Positions 35,732 to 44,969 of a DNA stretch of 64,000 bases are shown here, piece after piece. Below the pieces are notes generated by a model that saw only the letters and a list, made by a program, of their open reading frames with translations, was not told where the DNA came from and did no database searches. Made by a program: the position numbers and the translations under genes. How positions within the stretch are numbered: position 1 is the first letter of the stretch; every line of letters starts with the position of its first letter. The stretch is from Tubulanus polymorphus (taxonomy: Eukaryota > Animalia > Nemertea): NCBI RefSeq assembly GCF_964204645.1, contig NC_134033.1:9432655-9496654 (forward strand), in the 5' to 3' direction.

Positions 35732-36487
35732 TTACTCTTTACATCTTATAACTAATTCATAAATTACAGGAAAGTTATTTAAATCAATTAAGTATCCATT
35801 ATGATTTCTTATTTCTAATTTAAAATTATTAAATTTAGGAATGCATGGTTTAAAATCACATTCTGTTAAATTATAATTTATTTGCGTTCCAAATTGTTTA
35901 ACATTTTTTAGCGGTAAAATATTTAGTATACTAGAACTACAAATTGTTTCTTTAGTTGCTTCGAAAGTTTTTGTAGGCTCGATTAAATTGCAATAAATAT
36001 AAAAGTGTGTAAAAGGTATTATATTTGAGCTGCCTTCTGCGTTTCCAGTAACTGTAAGTGGTTTAATTCCTAACATTTTAGCCATTGGTTTGTTTACCAT
36101 AAATTTATGTTGTTCATTAGATATCTTTATTCTTATTTTATTAGTACTATCAATTTTATTAAATTTAATTTCAAATGCAGAAGTGCCTCCGATTTTCAAC
36201 CGAGCTCTTCTATTAATTTCCTGCGCTAATGATTCTAAATTATATAATCCTGGTTTTAAAAATATATGAAACCATTTATCTTTATTTCTCATATAAATCA
36301 TAAACCCTCTATGTTCAAAAGTTTTATCCGATACATTGTAAAAAGAATTACATAAACTTATATTAACTAATTTTAAATCTACACAATTCTTGAATTCTCT
36401 ATCTAATTGAACTAGTAAATTATGAGATTTATAATTTGTAAGTTTTCTAGAATCAACAAATATTCTGTATTCTTTTAATTCCACCAT
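35732..36487 (-). CDS. Minor capsid protein (penton, single jelly-roll)
   Basis: 251 aa; IFVDSR, L.NISL.NSFYN, FYIYCNLI and LEIRNHNGYLIDLNNFPVIYEL pattern typical of Polinton mCPs. Confidence 0.8.
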   Translation of the reverse strand: MVELKEYRIFVDSRKLTNYKSHNLLVQLDREFKNCVDLKLVNISLCNSFYNVSDKTFEHRGFMIYMRNKDKWFHIFLKPGLYNLESLAQEINRRARLKIGGTSAFEIKFNKIDSTNKIRIKISNEQHKFMVNKPMAKMLGIKPLTVTGNAEGSSNIIPFTHFYIYCNLIEPTKTFEATKETICSSSILNILPLKNVKQFGTQINYNLTECDFKPCIPKFNNFKLEIRNHNGYLIDLNNFPVIYELVIRCKE

Positions 36488-36504
36488 TTATTTTACATAT
36501 TTTC

Positions 36505-36846
36505 TTATTCGAAATCTATTTCATGGTGCCCTTTTTCATTCTTACCTTTGTATACGAAATAGAAATCTCCAGAACATAATTCTTCTAAATCTTCACTTGA
36601 TAATCTATGAAATCTATCTGGTAAATAAGTTCTGAATTTATATTTATTTCCTTTTAATCCTTCATATTCTAAATGAATTACTAATTTATCTCCATATTTG
36701 TTAGTAACTGTAACAATATTTGTAATTAAATATTTCTTGTGAATTGTTAATTCTGTTAACTTTTTGAATTTATAATCTACAGATTTGACGCTTGAAGTAT
36801 CTTTAATTCTATCTAAGAATTCACTGTGTACTTGTTTACTCTCCAT
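36505..36846 (-). CDS. 113-aa protein next to polB, possibly a small OB-fold ssDNA-binding protein
   Basis: FKKLTEL..KKYLIT...NKYGDKLVIHL...TYLPDRF...FVYKG beta-rich pattern; function is a guess. Confidence 0.6.
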   Translation of the reverse strand: MESKQVHSEFLDRIKDTSSVKSVDYKFKKLTELTIHKKYLITNIVTVTNKYGDKLVIHLEYEGLKGNKYKFRTYLPDRFHRLSSEDLEELCSGDFYFVYKGKNEKGHHEIDFE

Positions 36847-36874
36847 TTATTATACAAATTTTTATTGAAATTGA

Positions 36875-39800
36875 TTAACACGTTAGAATCCTTTTCATAA
36901 TCTCATTTTCTTTTGTTTCTTCTCTTTTGAATTTTATATATTCATCTAAATTGCAACCATAGGCGACTGTGTGGATTCCATCATCTAAAATATATCTTTT
37001 ATCATCAAATGGGTTTAGACTTATCTTCTCTATCTCTTCAATAAACATTTCGTGGTACTCAGATCTTAAACATTTCATTTTATGTTTTCTAACTTCTTCA
37101 TTAAATATACAATTGATGTAATCTTTGAAATGAATATTCTTTTCTACTACACTTTTGGTTATTCCTTTTAACTTTTTAGCTTCATGTTCTTTAGTTTTAT
37201 ATGAATACATTTTAGATCTAATACCAATGAACTCTATCATTTCTTCACCACCTAATTCATCCTTAAACTTACCTGGAACTTTTTTATTATCATTGCTAAA
37301 CAATTCATGATTTTTTGGATAATTACTAAAATCAAAATGGTGTTTTAATGTTTTTAAATCATCTGTTATGTTATCAGTTTTTATCTTTAATATGTAACTG
37401 TCGGTATCAAAATATAATATTTCTATATGTTTTTCTCCAAAAAGTGGTTGTAATACATTATAATAGAATTCATACATTAATAACTTTGATAATTCTAGAA
37501 CTGATGCACCAACATAAATAGGTTTATTGAACTTCATTGAAGTTCTTTTCATTTTAACTGCTGCTAAATTTTCATCGAATATTCTGTTACCTATAAATTT
37601 CGGATACGATTGTAAATGCCTAATTCTTTTACCATTACTAACTAACTCAATATCATTTCTATTTCTAATATTTTCACAAGTCTTACCATAGAATGCATTA
37701 TTCATTAGTTTGAAGAAATCTTTTTCAAAATCAGTTTTAGATTTAGTTCTCTGTGTAGTATTAAAATCTATATATTTTTCTAACCATTTAGATTGACTGA
37801 ATGAAATATATCTATGTACTTTTTTTAATATCATTCCTTGATTCAAATAAAACTTCAACATTCTATAATGTACTACATAATTATATTTATCTTCTTGAGT
37901 TACCATTAACTTTTCAGTATGAATATGATTATCGGGTTTAATTCTTTTTTGATAATTTGATAATTCTTCATGTTTAACAGTTTTATGTTCGGGACAATAT
38001 GCTAGATTTCTAGATTTGAATTTAATATTTTCGGGGTATTTTAAATCTACAACAAAGAAGTAACCAGTATCTGAATCATCTGCAATATCTAGGATTCTTT
38101 TCTTCCAATCAAATTTATCAATTTGTAAAACTTCAGTTATTTCAAACATCCCATAAGGTTGTGGTTCCATCATTGCCCAACCATAAAGATTATTTGCATC
38201 TATGTATAATAATTTATATCCAGGATTATCATTTACATTGAAATATCTATCACCCAATACACCTGAAACACCTCCTCTTATAGATTTTTCAAATAATAGT
38301 AATTGATCTATATTTGTTAACAAATCCATTTTTATATCTGTAAATTTTAATCCACAATCCCATGTTAATCCTGGTGATGAATAACAATGACAAGGATCAA
38401 TATTGAAATATTTTAGGTTTACATCTCTAAACCTTTCGAATATATCGGTTAATAATAATACATCTGATTTTAAATATAAATCTACTAATTGACCATGATT
38501 TTCTATTTTGAAATGATTCCAAATATTCAATGTTCTATTATATACTTCATCTTTAACATATTCATTTTTTAATTCATCATAGAATTGTTCTTTCAATAAT
38601 TCAGTTATGTTAAAATCATTATGTGATTTATAAAATGAATATGGAATTGCGCCTTTATATCTCATTAATTTAAAATCATCATAATTTGGGTAATATTCTT
38701 TTAATATATTCAATTCATCATCAACTAATGATTTTGATAGATTGTCTAATGAACTACTTAAAAATCTATATGAATCTATAAATCTTAGACAACCAAATTG
38801 GAATGATATATAATTTTCAGATGTTTTAGCTAACATTCTAAATTTATAAGTTGGTATTTTATCTTTTGATCTATTTGAATTTAATATTTCTATTTCATTA
38901 TTGATTTCTTCTATTTTATAGCATAACTGTTTGATAAATAAATGTGCATCATATCCTGATAGATTATGAAATATAACTGGTACAAAGTTAATTTTCTTAG
39001 CTTGTAAGTTACAATTCTCATGTGCAGCGCCTCTAAACTTTCCATTCAAATGATCATGATCTCTTACTTTTTTATCTTTATAATTAAATATCTTTTCACA
39101 ATAATAACATTTATCTGCAAACTCAAATTCTTCTTTATCTTCTTCTGTCATTATAATTTCTATATTTGTATTCAATAATTTACTAAATCTTATTTCATAT
39201 TCAATTAATAAGTCACAAAAATGATTGATAACATTTTCATTTCTGTAATTATAATATTCACTTTCAATTAGTTCTGGATAATCAGATTTAATATATAACC
39301 CGAAAGCTGCAGCTGATTGATGAATCTTTTTAATTGTATTTGTTATTGGTGGTTCATCTGAATAATCACTTTCATTAGAATTTAATTTCTTTCTTTTATA
39401 ATATATTTCTTTTCTATCTTGATCAGTTAGTTCTTTATTTAATGATTCAAAATCTCCATATATTACAAATGGTACTTTATTTTTGTAATCATATTTTTTG
39501 AATTCTAATATTTTATCTTTTTCATTTGGTAAAACTAATTTACAATAATCATGATTATCACATAGTTGTTTATGATTTAATAATATACTTTCATTACTAA
39601 ATCTATGTAAACATTTTCTACATAGATATATTTTATTATGGTGATCACTTTCTGTTCTAAAGAATAAATCTATTTGTTTAATCCACATATAATGATTCTC
39701 ATAATATAATATATCTATAACATCGTTTGAATCATAATCTTTTGATAGGTATAAAGGTTCTAATGTATAATGTTTAATATTATTTCCTTTTGTATTTGGT

Positions 39801-40909
39801 AATTTAATTAAATCAAATACATTTATTTTAAGATTATTATCTCTTTCTATTTTGGGGATGTTTTTAATTCTAACAGGATACTTATCTATCTTATAATTAT
39901 TTTCAAATTGTTTATAATGAGTTAATCTATAAGTATGTTTATTATAATCTTCAACTGGATGTAAACAACTTATTATAGCCCATAGAAAACATTTATCATC
40001 TTCATTTTGTATATTTATTACAGCATTAGTTTTAAATGGTAATTTAATATAACTTGTTCCATTTATACTATCATCTTTATAATATGATAAATTATTTTCA
40101 TCAATTGGTTTTGATTTAGTTAACTTATTATATTTTGTGTTATAAACATGTAAAGTTATAAATATTATCTCATCAAATATTAAACCAGATCCTTCAAAAT
40201 ATTTCTCTTCTATTTTAGTTTTTATTTCATTATAACATTTATCTAATTTATCATCTATATGTTGTTTAGAAATAATATGTTGTGAATGAGAATTTATATT
40301 ATATATTGGTTTATCTTCAGATTTTATAAACTTTACTTTAACTGATATACTTATTTTAGGATATTCTACGTTTGTAATTATTTTTATTATTTCTTTCATA
40401 TTTTCTAAATGTTTTTTATTTTCTTCTAATGTTTTACCTTTATGAAATTTAAACTCGATAGCTGCTGGACCAATATCACTTTTAAATGCTTCGGTTATCT
40501 CTATATCTTTTTTATTATCTAATGAATTAATATAATTTCTTACATCTTCCATGTATGGTCTTTTATTGTTTAATTTATTTTTTATTCTTTTAATTGTCTT
40601 CTGTTTCTTATCGTTATCATTATCAAAATAATCTTCACCTAAAATATCATTATTCTTATTTCTAATATGACTTATAGATTTTAAATGTTCTTTATAATAT
40701 CTTTTATCACTGAATGATTGATTACATGTATCACATTTATATGTTTCTTTTTCATTCTTTAATTCTTCTAATTTAGTTTCTAATATATCATCTTCATATT
40801 CTAATTTCAATTTATTCTCTAAATGTGTTATAGTTTTATTGTGTCTTGCTTTTTGGGATTTGTCTATATCGATATTACATGTTGGGCAGTAGTATTTATT
40901 TGCTTCCAT
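36875..40909 (-). CDS. polB: Protein-primed family B DNA polymerase (1344 aa, intact): N-terminal zinc fingers, putative terminal-protein and OTU-like regions, EndoVII-like insert
   Basis: ExoI YGDFES, ExoII FHNLSGYD, ExoIII YLKSDV; pol A YIDANNLYG, B KLMNNAFYGK, C YFDTDS; EGSGL; DDKCFLWA...NHY; CYYC..RDHDH..AHENCN. Confidence 0.97.
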   Translation of the reverse strand: MEANKYYCPTCNIDIDKSQKARHNKTITHLENKLKLEYEDDILETKLEELKNEKETYKCDTCNQSFSDKRYYKEHLKSISHIRNKNNDILGEDYFDNDNDKKQKTIKRIKNKLNNKRPYMEDVRNYINSLDNKKDIEITEAFKSDIGPAAIEFKFHKGKTLEENKKHLENMKEIIKIITNVEYPKISISVKVKFIKSEDKPIYNINSHSQHIISKQHIDDKLDKCYNEIKTKIEEKYFEGSGLIFDEIIFITLHVYNTKYNKLTKSKPIDENNLSYYKDDSINGTSYIKLPFKTNAVINIQNEDDKCFLWAIISCLHPVEDYNKHTYRLTHYKQFENNYKIDKYPVRIKNIPKIERDNNLKINVFDLIKLPNTKGNNIKHYTLEPLYLSKDYDSNDVIDILYYENHYMWIKQIDLFFRTESDHHNKIYLCRKCLHRFSNESILLNHKQLCDNHDYCKLVLPNEKDKILEFKKYDYKNKVPFVIYGDFESLNKELTDQDRKEIYYKRKKLNSNESDYSDEPPITNTIKKIHQSAAAFGLYIKSDYPELIESEYYNYRNENVINHFCDLLIEYEIRFSKLLNTNIEIIMTEEDKEEFEFADKCYYCEKIFNYKDKKVRDHDHLNGKFRGAAHENCNLQAKKINFVPVIFHNLSGYDAHLFIKQLCYKIEEINNEIEILNSNRSKDKIPTYKFRMLAKTSENYISFQFGCLRFIDSYRFLSSSLDNLSKSLVDDELNILKEYYPNYDDFKLMRYKGAIPYSFYKSHNDFNITELLKEQFYDELKNEYVKDEVYNRTLNIWNHFKIENHGQLVDLYLKSDVLLLTDIFERFRDVNLKYFNIDPCHCYSSPGLTWDCGLKFTDIKMDLLTNIDQLLLFEKSIRGGVSGVLGDRYFNVNDNPGYKLLYIDANNLYGWAMMEPQPYGMFEITEVLQIDKFDWKKRILDIADDSDTGYFFVVDLKYPENIKFKSRNLAYCPEHKTVKHEELSNYQKRIKPDNHIHTEKLMVTQEDKYNYVVHYRMLKFYLNQGMILKKVHRYISFSQSKWLEKYIDFNTTQRTKSKTDFEKDFFKLMNNAFYGKTCENIRNRNDIELVSNGKRIRHLQSYPKFIGNRIFDENLAAVKMKRTSMKFNKPIYVGASVLELSKLLMYEFYYNVLQPLFGEKHIEILYFDTDSYILKIKTDNITDDLKTLKHHFDFSNYPKNHELFSNDNKKVPGKFKDELGGEEMIEFIGIRSKMYSYKTKEHEAKKLKGITKSVVEKNIHFKDYINCIFNEEVRKHKMKCLRSEYHEMFIEEIEKISLNPFDDKRYILDDGIHTVAYGCNLDEYIKFKREETKENEIMKRILTC

Positions 40910-41176
40910 TTTAATACTATATTTTTTATTAAAATTGATTTTAGAAGTTCAATGATTTAAATATTATTCATATATGTGAATATTTTAAGAGTAATAGGGA
41001 TAATAGGCTTTCAGGTCAAAGGTTGAACGGGCGGGTGAGTAAAAATGAAAATAATAATAATTTACAGTTGAATTAGGAGTGTGCGCGACTAATTCAACTG
41101 TAAATTATTATTATTTTCATTTTTTACGAGCTCGACCGTTCGACCTTTGGCCTGAAAGCCTATTATCCCTATTACT
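40805..41176. repeat. Right TIR of copy C (terminal fold-back at 40990-41176)
   Basis: Ends ...GCCTATTATCCCTATTACT, followed by the TSD ATTGTT. Confidence 0.95.
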
Positions 41177-41727
41177 ATTGTTATACTAACTCCTTGAAAC
41201 CCGCAGCCAAATCACTGGTAGTAATAAATTAATTTGTACTCGATTTGATTCTCATGATGAGGAGAAACTTGCAGCTGATCCCCGGAACGACGATGTAGTA
41301 ACACACGTCGATTCGTCGATGTTTACGGCTCGACAGTGCTTTTAAAATCTAAAGTAGTAAATTTCCAGTGTATCGGTAATATGATTTGATGAGGAAAATG
41401 GGCAATTGTTAAAATCACTGTTTGATTACCGCGACTGAATTTGAAGTCTGCGGCAATAAATTAGTTCATTTATACTTGAATTGATAATCGAAGTGACAGT
41501 CGGCCTGCGGGTTGATTTCGGGATGACGACTCGAAAAACATGTCGCCCCATTGAATGGGGCTAAATTTTCGATGTTTACGGCCCGACAGCGCTTTTGTAA
41601 CGATGATTCGTGAAAAAACACGCGGGCTATTTGTAGATCTCAGTGAGCTGAACGATATTATATGGATTGTATATGAAACAGTTGTAAGGTAACAAAGCCT
41701 ATGTTCTTTTGGTAAAAATAGTGTGGA

Positions 41728-41797
41728 AGAAAATAATAATAATAATAATCACGCGGATATCAATAGGGTTTTCTGTGAAATAACAGAAAACCCTAAT
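41728..41797 (+). repeat. (AAT)n tract plus 3' hairpin TAGGGTTTTCTGT-GAAATA-ACAGAAAACCCTA; probable end of a non-autonomous Helitron/Helentron-like host repeat
   Basis: Perfect 13-bp stem directly abutting the broken end of copy D. Confidence 0.45.
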
Positions 41798-42293
41798 TAA
41801 TATCAAATTCATTACATATTTTATAAAACTTAGAAAAATTAATATTGTTATTCAATTCTTTAAAATATTTTGAACCTGGTAAAGGACATTCTAATTCATC
41901 TAATATTAATTTTATTTGAAAATATGTATGAAATCTAAAAAGTGATAACATCAATGGTAAACTTGGTTTATTCAAATGATCATTCCAACTTATACCACAC
42001 CCTGTTGTTGCGCAATAAACAGCAAAATTTAATTGGTTCTGCCAATACTTCATATTAGATTTTAATAACCATTGTTTTGCCTCATTTAAATTTTTGAAAT
42101 TAATTGTATACACATGAAATATATTTTCCATCTTTACATGAAAATTATTACTTTCAGTAACATAAATATATAAATCAATTAATGAATTTAAAACTTCATT
42201 TCTATATGTAATATCTTTATTAAAATCTATTGCAGGAATATTATATTTAATTGATTTATTATATTGGAAAGCTTTTGGAAAACTATCTGCCAT
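41795..42293 (-). pseudogene. 433/462-aa protein, 3'-truncated (copy D)
   Basis: MADSFPKAFQY...ICNEFDIN, then host repeat. Confidence 0.85.
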
Positions 42294-42309
42294 TTATATA
42301 ATTAAAAAA

Positions 42310-42745
42310 TTAATAATTTATTAATTCTTTTAATAATTTATCTTGTTCTTCAACTGTTATATGACCATTTAAACTTATTATATAATCTAGTGTATTCTTT
42401 AATTTATTAATTTCTTTTATATTAGTTTCTAATTTTTTCTTTATTACTTTTTATATTTAATTTTGAACTTATACCAGTTAAAACACTTGAACTTAATCCT
42501 AATACACCAATTGATATAGCTAAAGGTGTTAATGGACTGAATATTGCTAGAAATGTTATTACAGAACTAATTGTAACCGAACCACTTATAATCAAATAAT
42601 ATATAATTTTACTTTTTAAATATTTTTTCTTTTTAACTTTTAAGTCACTTTCAAATTCTAATATTTGTTTTTCTAAATATGTTTTTAATTTTGTTTTATT
42701 TATATCATGAGGAATAATATCAATATTATCAACTTTATCATCCAT
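42310..42745 (-). pseudogene. 144-aa two-TM protein, frameshifted (copy D)
   Basis: Aligns with 34236..34670; frameshift near 42430. Confidence 0.82.
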
Positions 42746-42765
42746 TTATTTAGCAAAAAAAATTA

Positions 42766-43188
42766 CTAATTAGTAAACTTATACGCTACAAATATAACAA
42801 TAACTGTTCCACCTAAAATCCATATTATTTCATATTTCTGTTGTTCTTCACTCGGGGTATGATAATCTGATAATTTGGGTTTGTATAGATGTAATTTTTC
42901 TTTATTGGTTACCGCGTTATATAAACTCATTGCATCATCAACTGATTGAAAATCTCTATGTGAAATCTTCTGCTCATATAATTCCTTGTTAATATAATCC
43001 ATATAGTTTTGCCTCTTTTCTCTATATTCTTCTGCTGCTTTTTTGTATTTCTCTAATGCTAAGTTATGTCTTTTTTCTTCTGTTAATGATCCATTTTTAT
43101 CAATATGTTTAAATAAATAACCACCACCAGTAAATGCTAAAGCGTTAACAATTGCCGATCCTATAATAGTTATAACTGCAGAAGCCAT
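42766..43188 (-). CDS. 140-aa membrane-associated protein (copy D)
   Basis: Open homologue of 34690..35112. Confidence 0.8.
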   Translation of the reverse strand: MASAVITIIGSAIVNALAFTGGGYLFKHIDKNGSLTEEKRHNLALEKYKKAAEEYREKRQNYMDYINKELYEQKISHRDFQSVDDAMSLYNAVTNKEKLHLYKPKLSDYHTPSEEQQKYEIIWILGGTVIVIFVAYKFTN

Positions 43189-43426
43189 TTATTTAGTAAA
43201 ATAATTATGCAATTATATAGGAGGAATATATTTTTGTTTTTCTAAATAATCAATAGTTAAATTAGATAAAGTAACTGCTAATGTTAATTTTAAAATATCA
43301 TTGATATCAAATCTATCTACATTAACACTTCACATTTTGAATACTTTTTTTAATACCATTGAATAACCAACAGTTCCAACTGATAGTAAGGCGCCATTAT
43401 ATAATCCAGTTATTATCCACCTATTA

Positions 43427-43792
43427 TCACTCATTTATTAATAAAAAAAAATTACTATCTTCAAAATATTTAGTTAACTTATTTATGATTAATTCAACAT
43501 TTATTTCATTACTAGTTCCATTTGTATATATTTCAATTATTATTTTTTTAATATCATCGATGATAAAATCTTCATCTAATTCATAAAATCTTAAAGATTC
43601 TCTAATTAAATTAGTAATCTTTTCTACATTTAAAGTTTCTTTATTTAATGTTGTTTCATACTCAAATGTTGTTTCATTAGAAAATGCAATATTTTTGATA
43701 TGTGTAATTACATCATTAACGATAAATTTCATTTCTTTCTCATGTTTAAAATCAAACCCAAAACATATACTCGGTCCAACAGTTATATTCAT
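43427..43792 (-). CDS. Homologue of the 118-aa hypothetical protein (copy D)
   Basis: Aligns with 35359..35715; altered 3' end. Confidence 0.7.
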   Translation of the reverse strand: MNITVGPSICFGFDFKHEKEMKFIVNDVITHIKNIAFSNETTFEYETTLNKETLNVEKITNLIRESLRFYELDEDFIIDDIKKIIIEIYTNGTSNEINVELIINKLTKYFEDSNFFLLINE

Positions 43793-43809
43793 TTATATAG
43801 TGAAAAAAA

Positions 43810-44569
43810 TTACTCTCTACATCTTATAACAAATTCATAAATTACAGGGAAATTATTTAAATCAATTAAATATCCATTATGATTTCTTATTTCTAATTTA
43901 AAATTATTAAATTTAGGAATGCAAGGTTTAAAATCACATTCAGTTAAATTATAATTTATTTGAGTTCCAAATTGTTTAACATTTTTTAGCGGTAAAATAT
44001 TTAGTATACTAGAACTACAAATTGTTTCTTTAGTTGCTTCGAAAGTTTTTGTAGGCTCGATTAAATTGCAATAAATATAAAAGTGTGTAAAAGGTATTAT
44101 ATTTGAATTACCATCTATGTTTCCTGTAACAGTATCTGGTGCAATTCCTAGCAATTTAGCTAATGGTTTTTTTTACCATAAATGCATGTTGACTTTCATC
44201 ATATACCTTTATTTTAATTTTATTTGTGCTATCACTTTTTATAAATCTAATTAAAAATTTATCATCTCTTCTAATTTTCAACCGTGCTCTTCGATTAATT
44301 TCTTGAGCTAATGTTTCTGAATTATATAATCCTGGTTTTAAAATTATATGAAACCATTTATCTATATTTCCAATATGAATTAAAAAAGTATTATCTTCAA
44401 TAGTTTTATCCGTTATATTATAAAAAGAATTACATAAACTTATATTAACTAATTTTAAATCTACACAATTCTTAAATTCTCTATCTAATTGAACTAGTAA
44501 ATTATGAGATTTATAATTTGTAAGTTTTCATGAATCAACAAATATTCTGTATTCTTTTAATTCCGCCAT
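43810..44569 (-). pseudogene. Minor capsid (penton), frameshifted (copy D)
   Basis: Start MAELKEYRIFVDS at 44569; break near 44170. Confidence 0.8.
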
Positions 44570-44586
44570 TTATTTTACATATTTTC

Positions 44587-44940
44587 TTATGCGAAATCTA
44601 TTTCATGGTGCCCCTTTTCATTCTTACCTTTGTATACGAAATAGAAATCACCAGAACATAATTCTTCTAAATCTTCACTTGATAATCTATGAAATCTATC
44701 CGGTAAATATGTTCTGAATTTATATGTATTTCCTTTTAATCCTTCATATTCTAAGTGTATAACTAATTTATCTCCATAGTTATTAGTAACTGTATCAATA
44801 TTTGTAATTAGATATTTCTTATGGATTATTAATTCTGTTAACTTTTTGAATTTATAATCTACAGATTTTACATTTGTAGTATCTTTTATTCTATCTAGAA
44901 ATAATTTGTTGTTCTCACTGTGTGTTTGTTTACTCTCCAT
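44587..44940 (-). CDS. 117-aa polB-adjacent protein (copy D)
   Basis: Homologue of 36505..36846. Confidence 0.7.
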   Translation of the reverse strand: MESKQTHSENNKLFLDRIKDTTNVKSVDYKFKKLTELIIHKKYLITNIDTVTNNYGDKLVIHLEYEGLKGNTYKFRTYLPDRFHRLSSEDLEELCSGDFYFVYKGKNEKGHHEIDFA

Positions 44941-44969
44941 TTTAATAACATATTTTTATTAAAATTTGA

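Larger units (their letters stand above)
23302..41176. mobile_element. Polinton copy C: complete 17,875-bp element with 372-bp TIRs and 6-bp TSD ATTGTT
   Basis: ATTGTT at 23296-23301 and 41177-41182; termini AG...CT; TIRs 23302-23673 and 40805-41176 appear identical by eye; core ORFs open. Confidence 0.97.
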
